From: a virus
Taxonomy: Duplodnaviria; Caudoviricetes
DNA: 64,000 nt
Strand: one strand, 5' to 3'
Virus record (IMG/VR): IMGVR_UViG_3300044675_007236
How positions within the stretch are numbered: the first letter of the stretch is position 1; every line of letters starts with the position of its first letter. The notes under the pieces were generated by a model that was not told where the DNA came from, did not search any database, and saw only the letters and a list, made by a program, of their open reading frames with translations. A program made the translations under genes and the position numbers. Positions 19,683 to 28,873 of the stretch are shown here, in pieces.

Positions 19683-20669
19683 CTAGTAAAAAAGACCGGA
19701 GTATGGTGAACCTAGCGAACCGCTAAAAGCTGCAATGTTAATCTCAATCTTCTTCGCCTTGACATTTTCTTGAAACATTTGCAGCATTCGACTGCTAGCT
19801 GCAATGTACTGTTGTTCTTTGTTTTTGTCGTCAATAGACATACCGCCAGCACTGTAAGCCAGCTGATTTCTTCGGTAGTGATTAGCTGCAATATCAAACA
19901 AATAAGCCTGAATGCCTTGCAACCAAAGTTCTCGAAACGGAAAATTCTTAGTTGTTAAAAGCGTATTTAGCGGAGGTGGAATCTCGTTCCAATACTGCAA
20001 GGGACGCATCACAGCCTGTATAATTTCCGCCGAATCAAACTCGACGTCATCAATGAGCATATTGTCGGCACCGCTGTTGTCTCGAACGGAAAGACGGATT
20101 TCCTCAATAGTAGGCGGGCCAACGTTTCTAAAATTCAAATCTGAATTTACACCGAAAAGACCGCGTCTGACAAAGGTGCAGCATTGATTGCTAAAAAGCA
20201 TGCTACCGTCAGGTGCAAAAAACGACCACTCTTCCAGGTAAATTCCAGGAAATCTAACTATCGAGTCAGGCAGAATGTTTGCGCGTACGATACCCTCGGA
20301 CATATCCAGCACTTCGGTATCTATCTGCACAATTGGATCGTTGACAGGGTCGTATCCTGACAACTCTCGCATGCGAAGAACCACGCCGCAGCCTGGGTTC
20401 CCAACTGGATCAAAATCGCCTGAGCTCTGGCTTGTCGTGCTCGAGCAATTGCTCACACAATCTTGTAAATTAATCGGCTGGCCTTCTGGATTTTTGAAAT
20501 TCCATATTAGCCTCGCGGCCTGGCCCATTTGAACTTCGTGGCATTGAAGCTTAGGTAGAACAGGACAACCGTCAACAACGGTTTGCCTTGGCTTGATAAT
20601 ATTCTGCTGTTCGCAGTCGGCACCTGGTAATGGTACCGGCAACTCTACAGGTGTTCCCTCAAGTGGCAT
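19683..20669 (-). CDS. Putative head-tail adaptor protein
   Basis: 328 aa; C-terminal helical domain with RNQLAYSAGGMSIDDK typical of adaptors; neck-region position. Confidence 0.5.
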   Translation of the reverse strand: MPLEGTPVELPVPLPGADCEQQNIIKPRQTVVDGCPVLPKLQCHEVQMGQAARLIWNFKNPEGQPINLQDCVSNCSSTTSQSSGDFDPVGNPGCGVVLRMRELSGYDPVNDPIVQIDTEVLDMSEGIVRANILPDSIVRFPGIYLEEWSFFAPDGSMLFSNQCCTFVRRGLFGVNSDLNFRNVGPPTIEEIRLSVRDNSGADNMLIDDVEFDSAEIIQAVMRPLQYWNEIPPPLNTLLTTKNFPFRELWLQGIQAYLFDIAANHYRRNQLAYSAGGMSIDDKNKEQQYIAASSRMLQMFQENVKAKKIEINIAAFSGSLGSPYSGLFY

Positions 20670-20677
20670 CGCTACTC

Positions 20678-21271
20678 CTAAGCACTAGGCAGCTTAGTGA
20701 CAGAAATTTCATCCGGATCAAAACTAACAACCACACGATACGCATCCGGCCCGGCTACACCTGACCTGTAATAACGGAAAACGTAAATACCTGGATCTAG
20801 GTAAAAAGGCAAAACCCATGTACCATTAGCACGTTGGCGTGTGTCCCGTAGTCGGTACGTACCGTCTTTTTTACCCGCAATGTACAGCGAATGCAAGAAA
20901 ACTTCTATCGTTGCATCTTCGATAGGAACACCGTCGATGTCGTAGCGAAGATTATTAGTACCGCCGTAGTTGACGTCGACGAGCACCTTATGTGGGTCTT
21001 TAGCGGGGTCGGTAAGCTGATCAAGCTCCCACCACTCGCTTGCGATAAAGTAATCCGGATCATTAAGCCGGACAACGAAGCGTCCAATTGGATTTGCAAC
21101 ATCCATTACATAATCACCGTCACCTAGCGAGCTGACGTTGAAACGATAAAGTGTAGGTCTACCGGTTACAGCTGTACCAGGAATAGCCGAGCCTACAGCT
21201 ATGTCAGTGTCTCTATCGTACGGCTGGATAGTTGGAAACTTGTTAGGCGGTAGTGTCAGCTCAAGCAGCAT
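20678..21271 (-). CDS. Hypothetical virion protein
   Basis: Start revised to MLLELTLPP at 21271 (GAGG 5 nt upstream); the track's TTG start abuts a TATAAT. Confidence 0.6.
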   Translation of the reverse strand: MLLELTLPPNKFPTIQPYDRDTDIAVGSAIPGTAVTGRPTLYRFNVSSLGDGDYVMDVANPIGRFVVRLNDPDYFIASEWWELDQLTDPAKDPHKVLVDVNYGGTNNLRYDIDGVPIEDATIEVFLHSLYIAGKKDGTYRLRDTRQRANGTWVLPFYLDPGIYVFRYYRSGVAGPDAYRVVVSFDPDEISVTKLPSA

Positions 21272-21300
21272 TTTTGCCTCACTTGTGGGGTTAGCCGCCA

Positions 21301-21314
21301 ATTATAGCCAAAGT
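21301..21314 (-). promoter_or_regulatory. Putative promoter ACTTTGGC-TATAAT
   Basis: Perfect -10 hexamer about 30 nt above the revised start; a 12-mer identical to 58353-58364; no canonical -35. Confidence 0.55.
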
Positions 21315-21336
21315 AGCTATAAATAAGCGACAGTAA

Positions 21337-22425
21337 CTAGACTTCGCCAAGCTTGTACCAACCTTCTTTGCTGATATAGACATTCATCACGTCCGAAAAG
21401 TATTTGTTGTATTTAGGTGCAATCTTTTCTAAAGCAAACTGTTCACCAAATTTACGACAATCTTCCGGTTTAATTTGATCAATAGTTTTGACAGCATTTA
21501 CAAAATCGGCAAAAGTACGGCAGCGATAACCCGTTAAACCGTGAGGATTATTTTCCGTAAAAGCCCCCCAGTCCGTGGTGATTGTCGGGGTACCGGAAAG
21601 CAAGTTTTCTATTTGCACGCCGCCGAAAGGCTCAATATATTGGCTGGCTACAAAGCTAGCCTTTGCGTCTCGCATGAGCTTTTTTCGGGTTTCAACATCT
21701 GCGTAACCTACGTACTCTACGCACGACGGTAGTTTGTAGTTGTCGTCTTTTTGGCCTGCAATAACTAACTTTATACCTAGCTTTTCGGCAACTTGTATCG
21801 CAATATGTACACCTTTGCCTTCGTAAACACGCCCAAGATACAAGAAGTAGTCCTGCTTTTTGTCACTGTATTCGAACTCGGACAAATCGAAGTAGTTAGG
21901 AATAACTACCTCGTACCAATCCTGATTACAAGTTTTTACACCTTTAATTCCGCAGTAAGCGTGATAAATGGCGTAAGATTCGAAAACTTTCCATCTGGCC
22001 CAGTGACCATCGGCGTATCCTATGCCTGGTTCTACACATATTAAATCAGGATGAGCGTCGCAAACTGGTCGTACACCAGACCCCCAAAACGGTAGGATAA
22101 AGTCTCTTGGTTGTTTTCGTTTAGTTATTTCAGCAATAGCGCGGCTGTAAAAGGTTTGATACGCGTGATCGTTGACATCAAACTTAAAAAAATGCTTACG
22201 CCAATCGTGACTTCCATAGGCCTGAGCTAGATCTGCGTTTGTTGTAACCGTAACGTGCTCGTTGCAGTCAAGCTGCGAATCTTCATGACCGTAATGAATG
22301 ATGTGATGCCCGTGCATTCGCATCATCTTGGCAAACTTAACTACTTTTTGAGTATAGGCACACGCCACATAGTCTCGGTTAGAAACAGTGTGCGGTAGAC
22401 CTAGTATGTGAAAACGAAAAGACAT
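21337..22425 (-). CDS. GT-B (GT4-like) glycosyltransferase
   Basis: Start revised to MSFRFH at 22425 (GAGG RBS); [11 protein letters not shown] and the EX7E motif EPFGGVQIE...[11 protein letters not shown]. Confidence 0.85.
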   Translation of the reverse strand: MSFRFHILGLPHTVSNRDYVACAYTQKVVKFAKMMRMHGHHIIHYGHEDSQLDCNEHVTVTTNADLAQAYGSHDWRKHFFKFDVNDHAYQTFYSRAIAEITKRKQPRDFILPFWGSGVRPVCDAHPDLICVEPGIGYADGHWARWKVFESYAIYHAYCGIKGVKTCNQDWYEVVIPNYFDLSEFEYSDKKQDYFLYLGRVYEGKGVHIAIQVAEKLGIKLVIAGQKDDNYKLPSCVEYVGYADVETRKKLMRDAKASFVASQYIEPFGGVQIENLLSGTPTITTDWGAFTENNPHGLTGYRCRTFADFVNAVKTIDQIKPEDCRKFGEQFALEKIAPKYNKYFSDVMNVYISKEGWYKLGEV

Positions 22426-22435
22426 AAAACATCCT

Positions 22436-22903
22436 CTACAATAGCGCAGGTAAAATCGCTGTCTTTTTGCGTACGTCTTCGACCGTCGTCTCATTTGCCA
22501 CACTCGCCGGGAACGATACTGGAGCAGCAGCACTAGTCGGCTGCCCTGCGATCCTTGTGACGTTTGCATCTGTGTTTCTGTTCTCAATCGAAAATGTCCG
22601 AAGTATCGTTCTTGCCAGGTCTTTCCCATCGACTATCCCTGCCGTGAATACGACGTCGTAGTCTTTACCGCCCTCATATACCGCATCGGAAGTGTCGATC
22701 ACCAGTTCATGGAACCCAGCTTTCCCATCATAATCTACGGCGGGTTGGGTTACTCCGGTAGTGAATTCTGTTGTCGAATCTTTGTAAATCGCGACTGTTG
22801 GATTTACTGTTGGGGTAGCAGGCAAAATAGCTTGACTGAACGTGTTGAATTTGACACGGATCTGTTGGCCTTTTTTGAAATCTCCAATGTATTTGCCTGA
22901 CAT
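22436..22903 (-). CDS. Putative fibre/baseplate-associated protein (BppU-like)
   Basis: 155 aa beta-sandwich pattern ([19 protein letters not shown]). Confidence 0.4.
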   Translation of the reverse strand: MSGKYIGDFKKGQQIRVKFNTFSQAILPATPTVNPTVAIYKDSTTEFTTGVTQPAVDYDGKAGFHELVIDTSDAVYEGGKDYDVVFTAGIVDGKDLARTILRTFSIENRNTDANVTRIAGQPTSAAAPVSFPASVANETTVEDVRKKTAILPALL

Positions 22904-22905
22904 GG

Positions 22906-23940
22906 TTACCCTATCAAAATGTTATCGATCGGAGAGTATGAGCCACCGGCACCACCTGTTCCGTCATCTAAGCCGTCAATCACAACACCAATTTGTGGTA
23001 GAATTGTCGGAGTGTTAATCCAAGAGGTGCCGCTAGATCGGGTGAGCATGTGATCGGTAGCAATCGCAGTAGCGTAAGCCGCCACGGGAACTGTGGTGAT
23101 ATTGAACCTAGTTCCAGGAGGACCAGATGGAGCCCCTACGAGTCTGTACCATGTGTCTTTTTCTAGTACGACTGGAGAGGAAAAATTATATTGACTTACG
23201 ACCGCACTTCTTTCAAAAAACTGATTAGAACTTACCGTTAATCTTCGTATTGGTGTTCCGTTTGGGGCAGTTGAATCGGCATAAAGGCTGTATGTTATAT
23301 TAACATCAGGGTCATGCGTGGACCAGAATCCGGGGATTCTAGCTGTGTGTAGTAGTCGGAATCGAAGACCTTCCTCTCCAGTACTGTATTGAATTGTCGT
23401 CGAGCCGACTCCATAAGCCACTCCTCCTGGGGCGATAGGCCAATATGTTCCGTCGGAATATCGCAGAGCAGCATAAGGTAATCTACCGGCAATACGTGAG
23501 TAAAGACCACCTGTACTAATTAGCGGGTAATTTACTTGCATTTGACTTACAAGACTTGCCAAAGCAATTTGAACTGAAGTGCCTGAGTTGTGAGCCCATA
23601 CTAGCCAAAGAAAATTGTCTGGCGTTACTGTAGCTCCTGAGGTCAATGTTGACTCAACGGACGTGTTGCTTGTCAACGTACCGGTGATTACGTTTGTGTT
23701 TGCCCCAAATAGTGTTCCGCTTGGGCCTCCAGATCCTACAGTCTCAAGTCTAATATCGATTGTTGGGGAGCCAACTACCGTTCCAGTCTGCCAGTTTATT
23801 CCATTAATTATTCCTTCTTTCGGAGGTTGAAAATTAAACGCAATTTTAGACAAAGGACCTAACGCAGCAGAGGATATTGTTCCTGGTGTCGTTGTCGCAA
23901 GATAATTAACTAGCATTCGGTTGCAGGTGACGATTGTCAT
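22906..23940 (-). CDS. Putative tail fibre / receptor-binding beta-rich protein
   Basis: 344 aa Thr/Ser/Gly-rich, beta-sandwich-like, in a fibre cluster. Confidence 0.45.
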   Translation of the reverse strand: MTIVTCNRMLVNYLATTTPGTISSAALGPLSKIAFNFQPPKEGIINGINWQTGTVVGSPTIDIRLETVGSGGPSGTLFGANTNVITGTLTSNTSVESTLTSGATVTPDNFLWLVWAHNSGTSVQIALASLVSQMQVNYPLISTGGLYSRIAGRLPYAALRYSDGTYWPIAPGGVAYGVGSTTIQYSTGEEGLRFRLLHTARIPGFWSTHDPDVNITYSLYADSTAPNGTPIRRLTVSSNQFFERSAVVSQYNFSSPVVLEKDTWYRLVGAPSGPPGTRFNITTVPVAAYATAIATDHMLTRSSGTSWINTPTILPQIGVVIDGLDDGTGGAGGSYSPIDNILIG

Positions 23941-24521
23941 TACAACTCCGGTTCCAGCCCGAGGCCGTTATTGTCTATGTACTCGGTCCATGCCTCACGA
24001 TATGCTTGGACCCGATCCAGTGCTCGCTCGATTCGCAGTTCACTCAATGCGACAAGTTTCATGTGGGCAACACAAGCTGTGATTTCTTCGAGGCTTGGGA
24101 CTTCAATCTCGATTTGAAACTTTTCGATTCGCTCCTTGATTCGAGCTTGCTCCAACAGGCTGATGTTTCGCTTGACTTCGCGAGCAAGATGCCTAGCTCC
24201 TGGAACCAAGCCTACTTGGTCGAGCAAGTTGAACGTGTTTTGGATGTCAACATCGTTCAAGGGCATCCCAGAAGATAACTGCGAGATAGCCCAAGTTTCC
24301 CCTTGCTGCAAGAGAACGTCTTGCAGCCGTTTGCACCCACCCCTACCAAATCGCATTCCCGTCTCGGGAACCCAAACAGACGCTAGCCCCTTCCACGTAA
24401 AATCACCGGAGTTTTCAAATGGAATATCTTCGACCAGTAACGCATCCAAGACTTCTTGCGAAGTCTTGGATTCCCAACCGGGGACTAAACGAATTAATAC
24501 TTTCAGTTCTTCGGGGGTCAA
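23940..24521 (-). CDS. Hypothetical protein (MTPEELK...)
   Basis: Start revised to TTG at 24521, 1 nt after the upstream TAA and 8 nt after GGAG. Confidence 0.6.
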   Translation of the reverse strand: MTPEELKVLIRLVPGWESKTSQEVLDALLVEDIPFENSGDFTWKGLASVWVPETGMRFGRGGCKRLQDVLLQQGETWAISQLSSGMPLNDVDIQNTFNLLDQVGLVPGARHLAREVKRNISLLEQARIKERIEKFQIEIEVPSLEEITACVAHMKLVALSELRIERALDRVQAYREAWTEYIDNNGLGLEPEL

Positions 24522-24522
24522 T

Positions 24523-24966
24523 TTAAGTTCTCCAAAAACTAGGCTCATGCCAGGGCCTAAGAGAGGATTTCCAAGGCAACCCACCAAACCACCGCATATC
24601 CTGCTGTGTAAAGTTTAGGTGCGGGTCGCCCAAAACCTCGCTCATAACGTGCCCAGGCTGTTCCATGTGCCCACCACCCTTAACCAGCCAATGCCCAAAC
24701 TCATGCACAATCGCAAGCACCATCTGGCTTTGGTTGATCCAAGTGTATGATGATTGAGCAAAGATGCGATTGCCTCTTTGCCACATCGGACTGCCTTGCT
24801 CATTGGTCAATAAAATCTGAAAATGCTGGCCTCGCTGGACTTGCACGAACTGTACGTCCCAGTACCGGGTGATCTTCGCAAAAGCAGGGAGTATGCTTTT
24901 GACTGACCAGTTGCCGGTCTGAGCGATAGGTCGCGTTGCAAAGTTCCAAAGGATTTTCCTAGCCAT
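24523..24966 (-). CDS. Metzincin-like zinc metallopeptidase
   Basis: Start revised to MARK at 24966 (GGAG 6 nt upstream); HEFGHWLVKGGGH plus candidate Met-turn HVMSE. Confidence 0.65.
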   Translation of the reverse strand: MARKILWNFATRPIAQTGNWSVKSILPAFAKITRYWDVQFVQVQRGQHFQILLTNEQGSPMWQRGNRIFAQSSYTWINQSQMVLAIVHEFGHWLVKGGGHMEQPGHVMSEVLGDPHLNFTQQDMRWFGGLPWKSSLRPWHEPSFWRT

Positions 24967-24978
24967 ATCAAACTCCAA

Positions 24979-26205
24979 TTATATTATAGTCTCAGTCACG
25001 CTTGTCAGCTGATTGGCACTATAAATAAAAGTTTTTCGGTAGACGCGACTAGGGCTGCCGTGCGTGTAATCTAATTGCGTAAGTAGCCCGGCACTATATG
25101 TAAATATTTTTGACGAACCGTCGGAGTAAGTTATAGTTGAAACGTTACCGTTGACGTCATAAGTAATCGCAGGTGCCGAGCCGATTATCTGATTATAACG
25201 AACCTGCCGCAACTCGGGTAGCGACAAAGTTTGAGACGCTGCAAACGATAAAAGACCTGAAACATTACCAGTAGCGCCCGTGGCACCTGCAACCCCAGTT
25301 GCACCTTGGCTTCCTGTAGCACCAGTTGCACCCTGAACACCTTGGCTTCCTGTGGCACCTGTAGCACCCTGAACACCCTGGCTTCCTGTGGCACCTGTAG
25401 CACCCTGAACACCCTGGCTTCCCGTTGCACCTTGGCTTCCTGTGGCACCTGTAGCACCCTGAACACCCTGGCTTCCCGTTGCACCTTGGCTTCCTGTAGC
25501 ACCAGTTGCACCCTGAACACCTTGGCTTCCTGTAGCACCAGTTGCACCCTGAACACCCTGGCTTCCCGTTGCGCCTTGGCTTCCTGTAGCACCAGTTGCA
25601 CCCTGAACACCTTGACTACCTGTAGCCCCGGTTAGACCTTGGCTTCCTGTAGCACCTTGACTACCTGTAGCCCCGGTTAGACCTTGACTACCTGTAGCCC
25701 CGGTTAGACCTTGGCTTCCTGTAGCACCTTGACTACCTGTAGCCCCGGTTAGACCTTGACTACCTGTAGCCCCGGTTAGACCTTGGCTTCCTGTGACACC
25801 AGTTGCACCCTGAACACCTTGGCTTCCCGTTGCACCTGTAGCACCCTGAACACCTTGGCTTCCCGTTGCACCTGTAGCCCCTGCTACACCCTGCGTACCC
25901 TGACTACCAGTTGCACCTTGGCTTCCTGTAGCCCCTGTAATACCGGTAGATCCTGTTATACCCTGACTACCAGTTGCACCAGTTGCACCCTGAACACCTT
26001 GGCTTCCTGTGGCACCTTGACTACCTGTAGCCCCGGTAGCACCGGTCAAACCCGTAGCTCCAGTCGCTCCGGCAGCATCTCCAATATAATCACGAACATC
26101 TTCGCCGTTAGTAAACGTAAGCAGCTGCCTACCAAATGCATCAGTGGTTAACTCGTCAATTTTAGTTAACTGATCTGAATAAGGCTGTGGTAGATAGTTC
26201 GTCAT
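24979..26205 (-). CDS. Collagen-like fibre protein with C-terminal YD-like beta-hairpin domain
   Basis: 408 aa; 89 uninterrupted G-X-Y triplets; C-terminus [17 protein letters not shown]...[10 protein letters not shown]. Confidence 0.85.
   Translation of the reverse strand: MTNYLPQPYSDQLTKIDELTTDAFGRQLLTFTNGEDVRDYIGDAAGATGATGLTGATGATGSQGATGSQGVQGATGATGSQGITGSTGITGATGSQGATGSQGTQGVAGATGATGSQGVQGATGATGSQGVQGATGVTGSQGLTGATGSQGLTGATGSQGATGSQGLTGATGSQGLTGATGSQGATGSQGLTGATGSQGVQGATGATGSQGATGSQGVQGATGATGSQGVQGATGATGSQGATGSQGVQGATGATGSQGATGSQGVQGATGATGSQGVQGATGATGSQGVQGATGATGSQGATGVAGATGATGNVSGLLSFAASQTLSLPELRQVRYNQIIGSAPAITYDVNGNVSTITYSDGSSKIFTYSAGLLTQLDYTHGSPSRVYRKTFIYSANQLTSVTETII
25270..26070 (-). 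repeat. Coding tandem repeat of 9-nt units ([12 protein letters not shown] triplets)
   Basis: 801 nt = 89 units such as GGTGCTACA, GGAAGCCAA, GGTGTTCAG, GGTCTAACC. Confidence 0.95.
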
Positions 26206-26211
26206 CTGACC

Positions 26212-27441
26212 TTAGATGTGTTGAAGCCCAGGGTGTCTTTGTCCTTTCAAAGCTACAAGCTCAAAACGTAAAAACTTGAATCCTTTATTTTTGTGCCATT
26301 CTGACGGATAAAGTTCGGTGCAGTTTATCTCTTGAAACCGACACCTAATGTTACCGTTAGCTCTTGCAAAGTCTTTTCTTGTATAAGGATACATGCTTGT
26401 TGCACTGAAATGCGATTTCCACTCAACATCGGCGTAACCCATACCCGAGTGCACTTCAGGTACTATGATAGTCAAATACCCCCCCGGAACCAAAGAGCAA
26501 TATGCGGCGTTCATAAACTCGCGAACATGAAAACCTGACAGCTTCTGTAGTTCAGTATCTGCGACAATGTGACCGAAATTGTTTTCGCCAAATCCCTGTA
26601 AAAGGTGATCTTCAGCATTCCATCCGGATTTGAGTAATTTCGAAAAATCGAGTTCTTCTAACTTGTTTCGTTTTAACCACTCTTTGATCAATCGTTGTAG
26701 ATAAATAACTCGAAAATTACGTGTAGCTTTGCTTATCTGATCTGCACGAGCATGTATTGTGTTGTTGTTAAAGAGCCGATAAAGATAATGACAACCACCA
26801 GTATGCGCAAAACTAGCACCGGTTAAATACGTTTTTATCATCAACTCCTGGTCGTCGCAAACGGACAAATCAGGGTTGTGCCCTCCCGCTGCAAAATAGA
26901 CCGAACGTTCCCAACATCTAACGTGATCAGGGCAGTAATAAATTTCTGCCAGCGATCTAGGTGTAATGTCGAAACATCGACTGGCTTTTAAAGCTCTCCC
27001 GTAAATTTTTACAGCGTAGCTCTCCCAACCGTGTTGCGGTGACCAGTTAAACGGCAAAAATCTATCGTTCGCCGAATCCGGAGCAAATTTGAATACTGCG
27101 TTATCTGAATAAACAAAACCTGCTCCTTCTTTAAACCTACTCTGAATGCTAGCCAGCGTGTCCCCTGGGACAAGCAAATCGTCATGGTCTAGTTCGATAA
27201 AAGCATCACCACTAGCAGCTGTACAAAGCTTTCGCTTAATAGCTCCAATGTTGTAAAGTTCTCTGCCGCCTTCGATAATCTTTACTCTATTGTCCAATCT
27301 TACTGCTGTAGGAATTACCGTGTTTTTACCGTTAGGTAAAATAACCCACTCCCAGTCTTGTAGCGTTTGCAGCTTTAAAGAATTGTGAGCTTCCAATAAA
27401 TAGTCTGGTGCGTGTGTGGGTGTAAATATGCTGAGCTTCAT
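26212..27441 (-). CDS. GT-A (GT2-like) glycosyltransferase fused to a degenerate methyltransferase-like domain
   Basis: Start revised to MKLSIFTPTH at 27441 (AAGGA RBS); SLKLQTLQDWEWVIL and DHDD motif; C-terminal AYCSLVPGGYLTIIVP resembles class I SAM MTase. Confidence 0.75.
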   Translation of the reverse strand: MKLSIFTPTHAPDYLLEAHNSLKLQTLQDWEWVILPNGKNTVIPTAVRLDNRVKIIEGGRELYNIGAIKRKLCTAASGDAFIELDHDDLLVPGDTLASIQSRFKEGAGFVYSDNAVFKFAPDSANDRFLPFNWSPQHGWESYAVKIYGRALKASRCFDITPRSLAEIYYCPDHVRCWERSVYFAAGGHNPDLSVCDDQELMIKTYLTGASFAHTGGCHYLYRLFNNNTIHARADQISKATRNFRVIYLQRLIKEWLKRNKLEELDFSKLLKSGWNAEDHLLQGFGENNFGHIVADTELQKLSGFHVREFMNAAYCSLVPGGYLTIIVPEVHSGMGYADVEWKSHFSATSMYPYTRKDFARANGNIRCRFQEINCTELYPSEWHKNKGFKFLRFELVALKGQRHPGLQHI

Positions 27442-27458
27442 GATTTCCTTTACCAAAT

Positions 27459-27491
27459 AAAAAACGACCGGTTATTGTAACCGGTCGTTTT
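27459..27491 (-). terminator. Rho-independent terminator
   Basis: Perfect 14-bp inverted repeat AAAACGACCGGTTA/TAACCGGTCGTTTT, 3-nt loop, T-run. Confidence 0.85.
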
Positions 27492-27516
27492 GTTCTGTCA
27501 GCAGGCCAGCTTACAA

Positions 27517-28098
27517 TTAAGTCACAGATGTCACAGTTTGTCCGCCCCACAGGTTCGGAATAACTAGCCACTTCGTACCATTTCCAACAACTCGGAAACT
27601 TCCGCCGACCTTCAAATTGCTCGAACTAAGTGCAACCGAATCGGCAGCAACGTCGTTCAGTATGACCATGATATCTGTTGTGACACAGGTGATAGTCATG
27701 TCCTGATTGGCTGCGTTATAGAAAGTAAATTCCAGGTGAGCCGTCGGTACAGTTGGCAATGTGAAAGTGATAGCCGCAGAACCAGAAGCAATAAAAACAC
27801 GACCAGTGTCAGCAGCTGTAAGCACTCGGTTGGCAGTAACTGTTACAAGCTCTGAGGTAACTGGTGGCGTCTGTACCAGTGTCAAGTCGCCGCTGTCTAC
27901 AGCGGCCTCAAACGCGGCCTGTTCTCTTGCAAGAACACCGCCACCCACACCTTGATTACGCCCCAAAGAACTTCGGACGTCGCCAAAGACAATAAAGTCT
28001 TCGTTAATTCCCAACTCGCGTCCGTGCGGCGGAAGAAACCCGAAAAACTTTACCTTGCCCGACGTGTTTTTTACCGTCGAATACAAAACGTTAGACAT
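27517..28098 (-). CDS. Putative capsid-associated (decoration/fibre) protein
   Basis: 193 aa, small beta-rich protein just downstream of capsid genes, followed by a strong terminator. Confidence 0.5.
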   Translation of the reverse strand: MSNVLYSTVKNTSGKVKFFGFLPPHGRELGINEDFIVFGDVRSSLGRNQGVGGGVLAREQAAFEAAVDSGDLTLVQTPPVTSELVTVTANRVLTAADTGRVFIASGSAAITFTLPTVPTAHLEFTFYNAANQDMTITCVTTDIMVILNDVAADSVALSSSNLKVGGSFRVVGNGTKWLVIPNLWGGQTVTSVT

Positions 28099-28109
28099 TT
28101 CAAATCTCC

Positions 28110-28508
28110 TTAGGCGTTACCCGCTAGAGTTGCAGCTTCTTGGGCTTTCAGAGCCAGTACCGCGTTATACACGGATGGATCTTTAGCTAAAGTGGCAGCA
28201 GCTTGTTTGATTGCTTGATCTTCGGCAATAGCGGCTTGCTTTTGCCCGTAAGGCGTCGAGCTAACTACAGAGCCTAAAGCAGAAACGGCATCACCGAAGC
28301 GGCTTTGAGCAGAAGCTTGCTTGACAGGGTTTTCAACGGTGCGAAGCTGCGCAGCAATCTGTAGCAAGTCTGCAGCTTCTTTTTCGGTAGTCGGTTGAAT
28401 ACCATAGCTTGCAAGTTTGCCAAAGAATACTTGAGAATGCACGTTGTCGAACAAAGTGTTATAAGCATCATCTGCGTTTGGCAGAGCTGCTTGAGATTCT
28501 TTCGACAT
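28110..28508 (-). CDS. Putative internal head protein (KxA-rich)
   Basis: Start revised to MSKE at 28508 (GGAG 6 nt upstream); helical, with KQASA, KQAAI, KQAAA. Confidence 0.6.
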   Translation of the reverse strand: MSKESQAALPNADDAYNTLFDNVHSQVFFGKLASYGIQPTTEKEAADLLQIAAQLRTVENPVKQASAQSRFGDAVSALGSVVSSTPYGQKQAAIAEDQAIKQAAATLAKDPSVYNAVLALKAQEAATLAGNA

Positions 28509-28531
28509 TCTAGGCTCCAAATGAAATAAAA

Positions 28532-28807
28532 TTAGTTTGCGTTGTTAAGGTAGGTTTCAACCCCGCCGCCAATAGCGTAAGGATCATAACCGTAAGTCCA
28601 GTTCCGACTACGCGGAAATGGTTTTGGCTGAGCTTGTTGAGCTGAGTGGTCTACAGTCCGCAACGTTTGCGTCAAATCTTCTTGGTAACTGCGGTTACCT
28701 CCTAGGTCTCTAGGATTAGTAACGTCGACAGCTTGCGAGACTTGCGAAAACGGCGGTCTCTGAGTAATGCTAACATCAGTGTATGGATCAGGAAAGGCAG
28801 CAGACAT
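28532..28807 (-). CDS. Small hypothetical protein
   Basis: 91 aa with AAGGAG RBS after the capsid terminator. Confidence 0.6.
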   Translation of the reverse strand: MSAAFPDPYTDVSITQRPPFSQVSQAVDVTNPRDLGGNRSYQEDLTQTLRTVDHSAQQAQPKPFPRSRNWTYGYDPYAIGGGVETYLNNAN

Positions 28808-28828
28808 TTAAATTGCTCCTTGACCCTC

Positions 28829-28858
28829 AAAAAGCCCCTGGGTAAGCCCAGGGGCTTT
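28829..28858 (-). terminator. Rho-independent terminator after major capsid gene
   Basis: 12-bp perfect stem AAAGCCCCTGGG/CCCAGGGGCTTT, 4-nt loop, T5. Confidence 0.85.
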
Positions 28859-28873
28859 AAGACGGATCGCGTG

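Noticed and set aside
21337-22629. 430-aa version of the glycosyltransferase
   Set aside because: The extension overlaps the upstream gene by about 190 nt; the GAGG RBS supports the start at 22425
25270-26070. Repeat arrays as CRISPR arrays (also 60621-61132)
   Set aside because: Repeats are contiguous 9-nt or 6-nt coding units without unique spacers; no cas genes
22436-26205. Diversity-generating retroelement or invertible fibre cassette
   Set aside because: No reverse transcriptase, recombinase or adenine-variable template/variable repeat pair was seen
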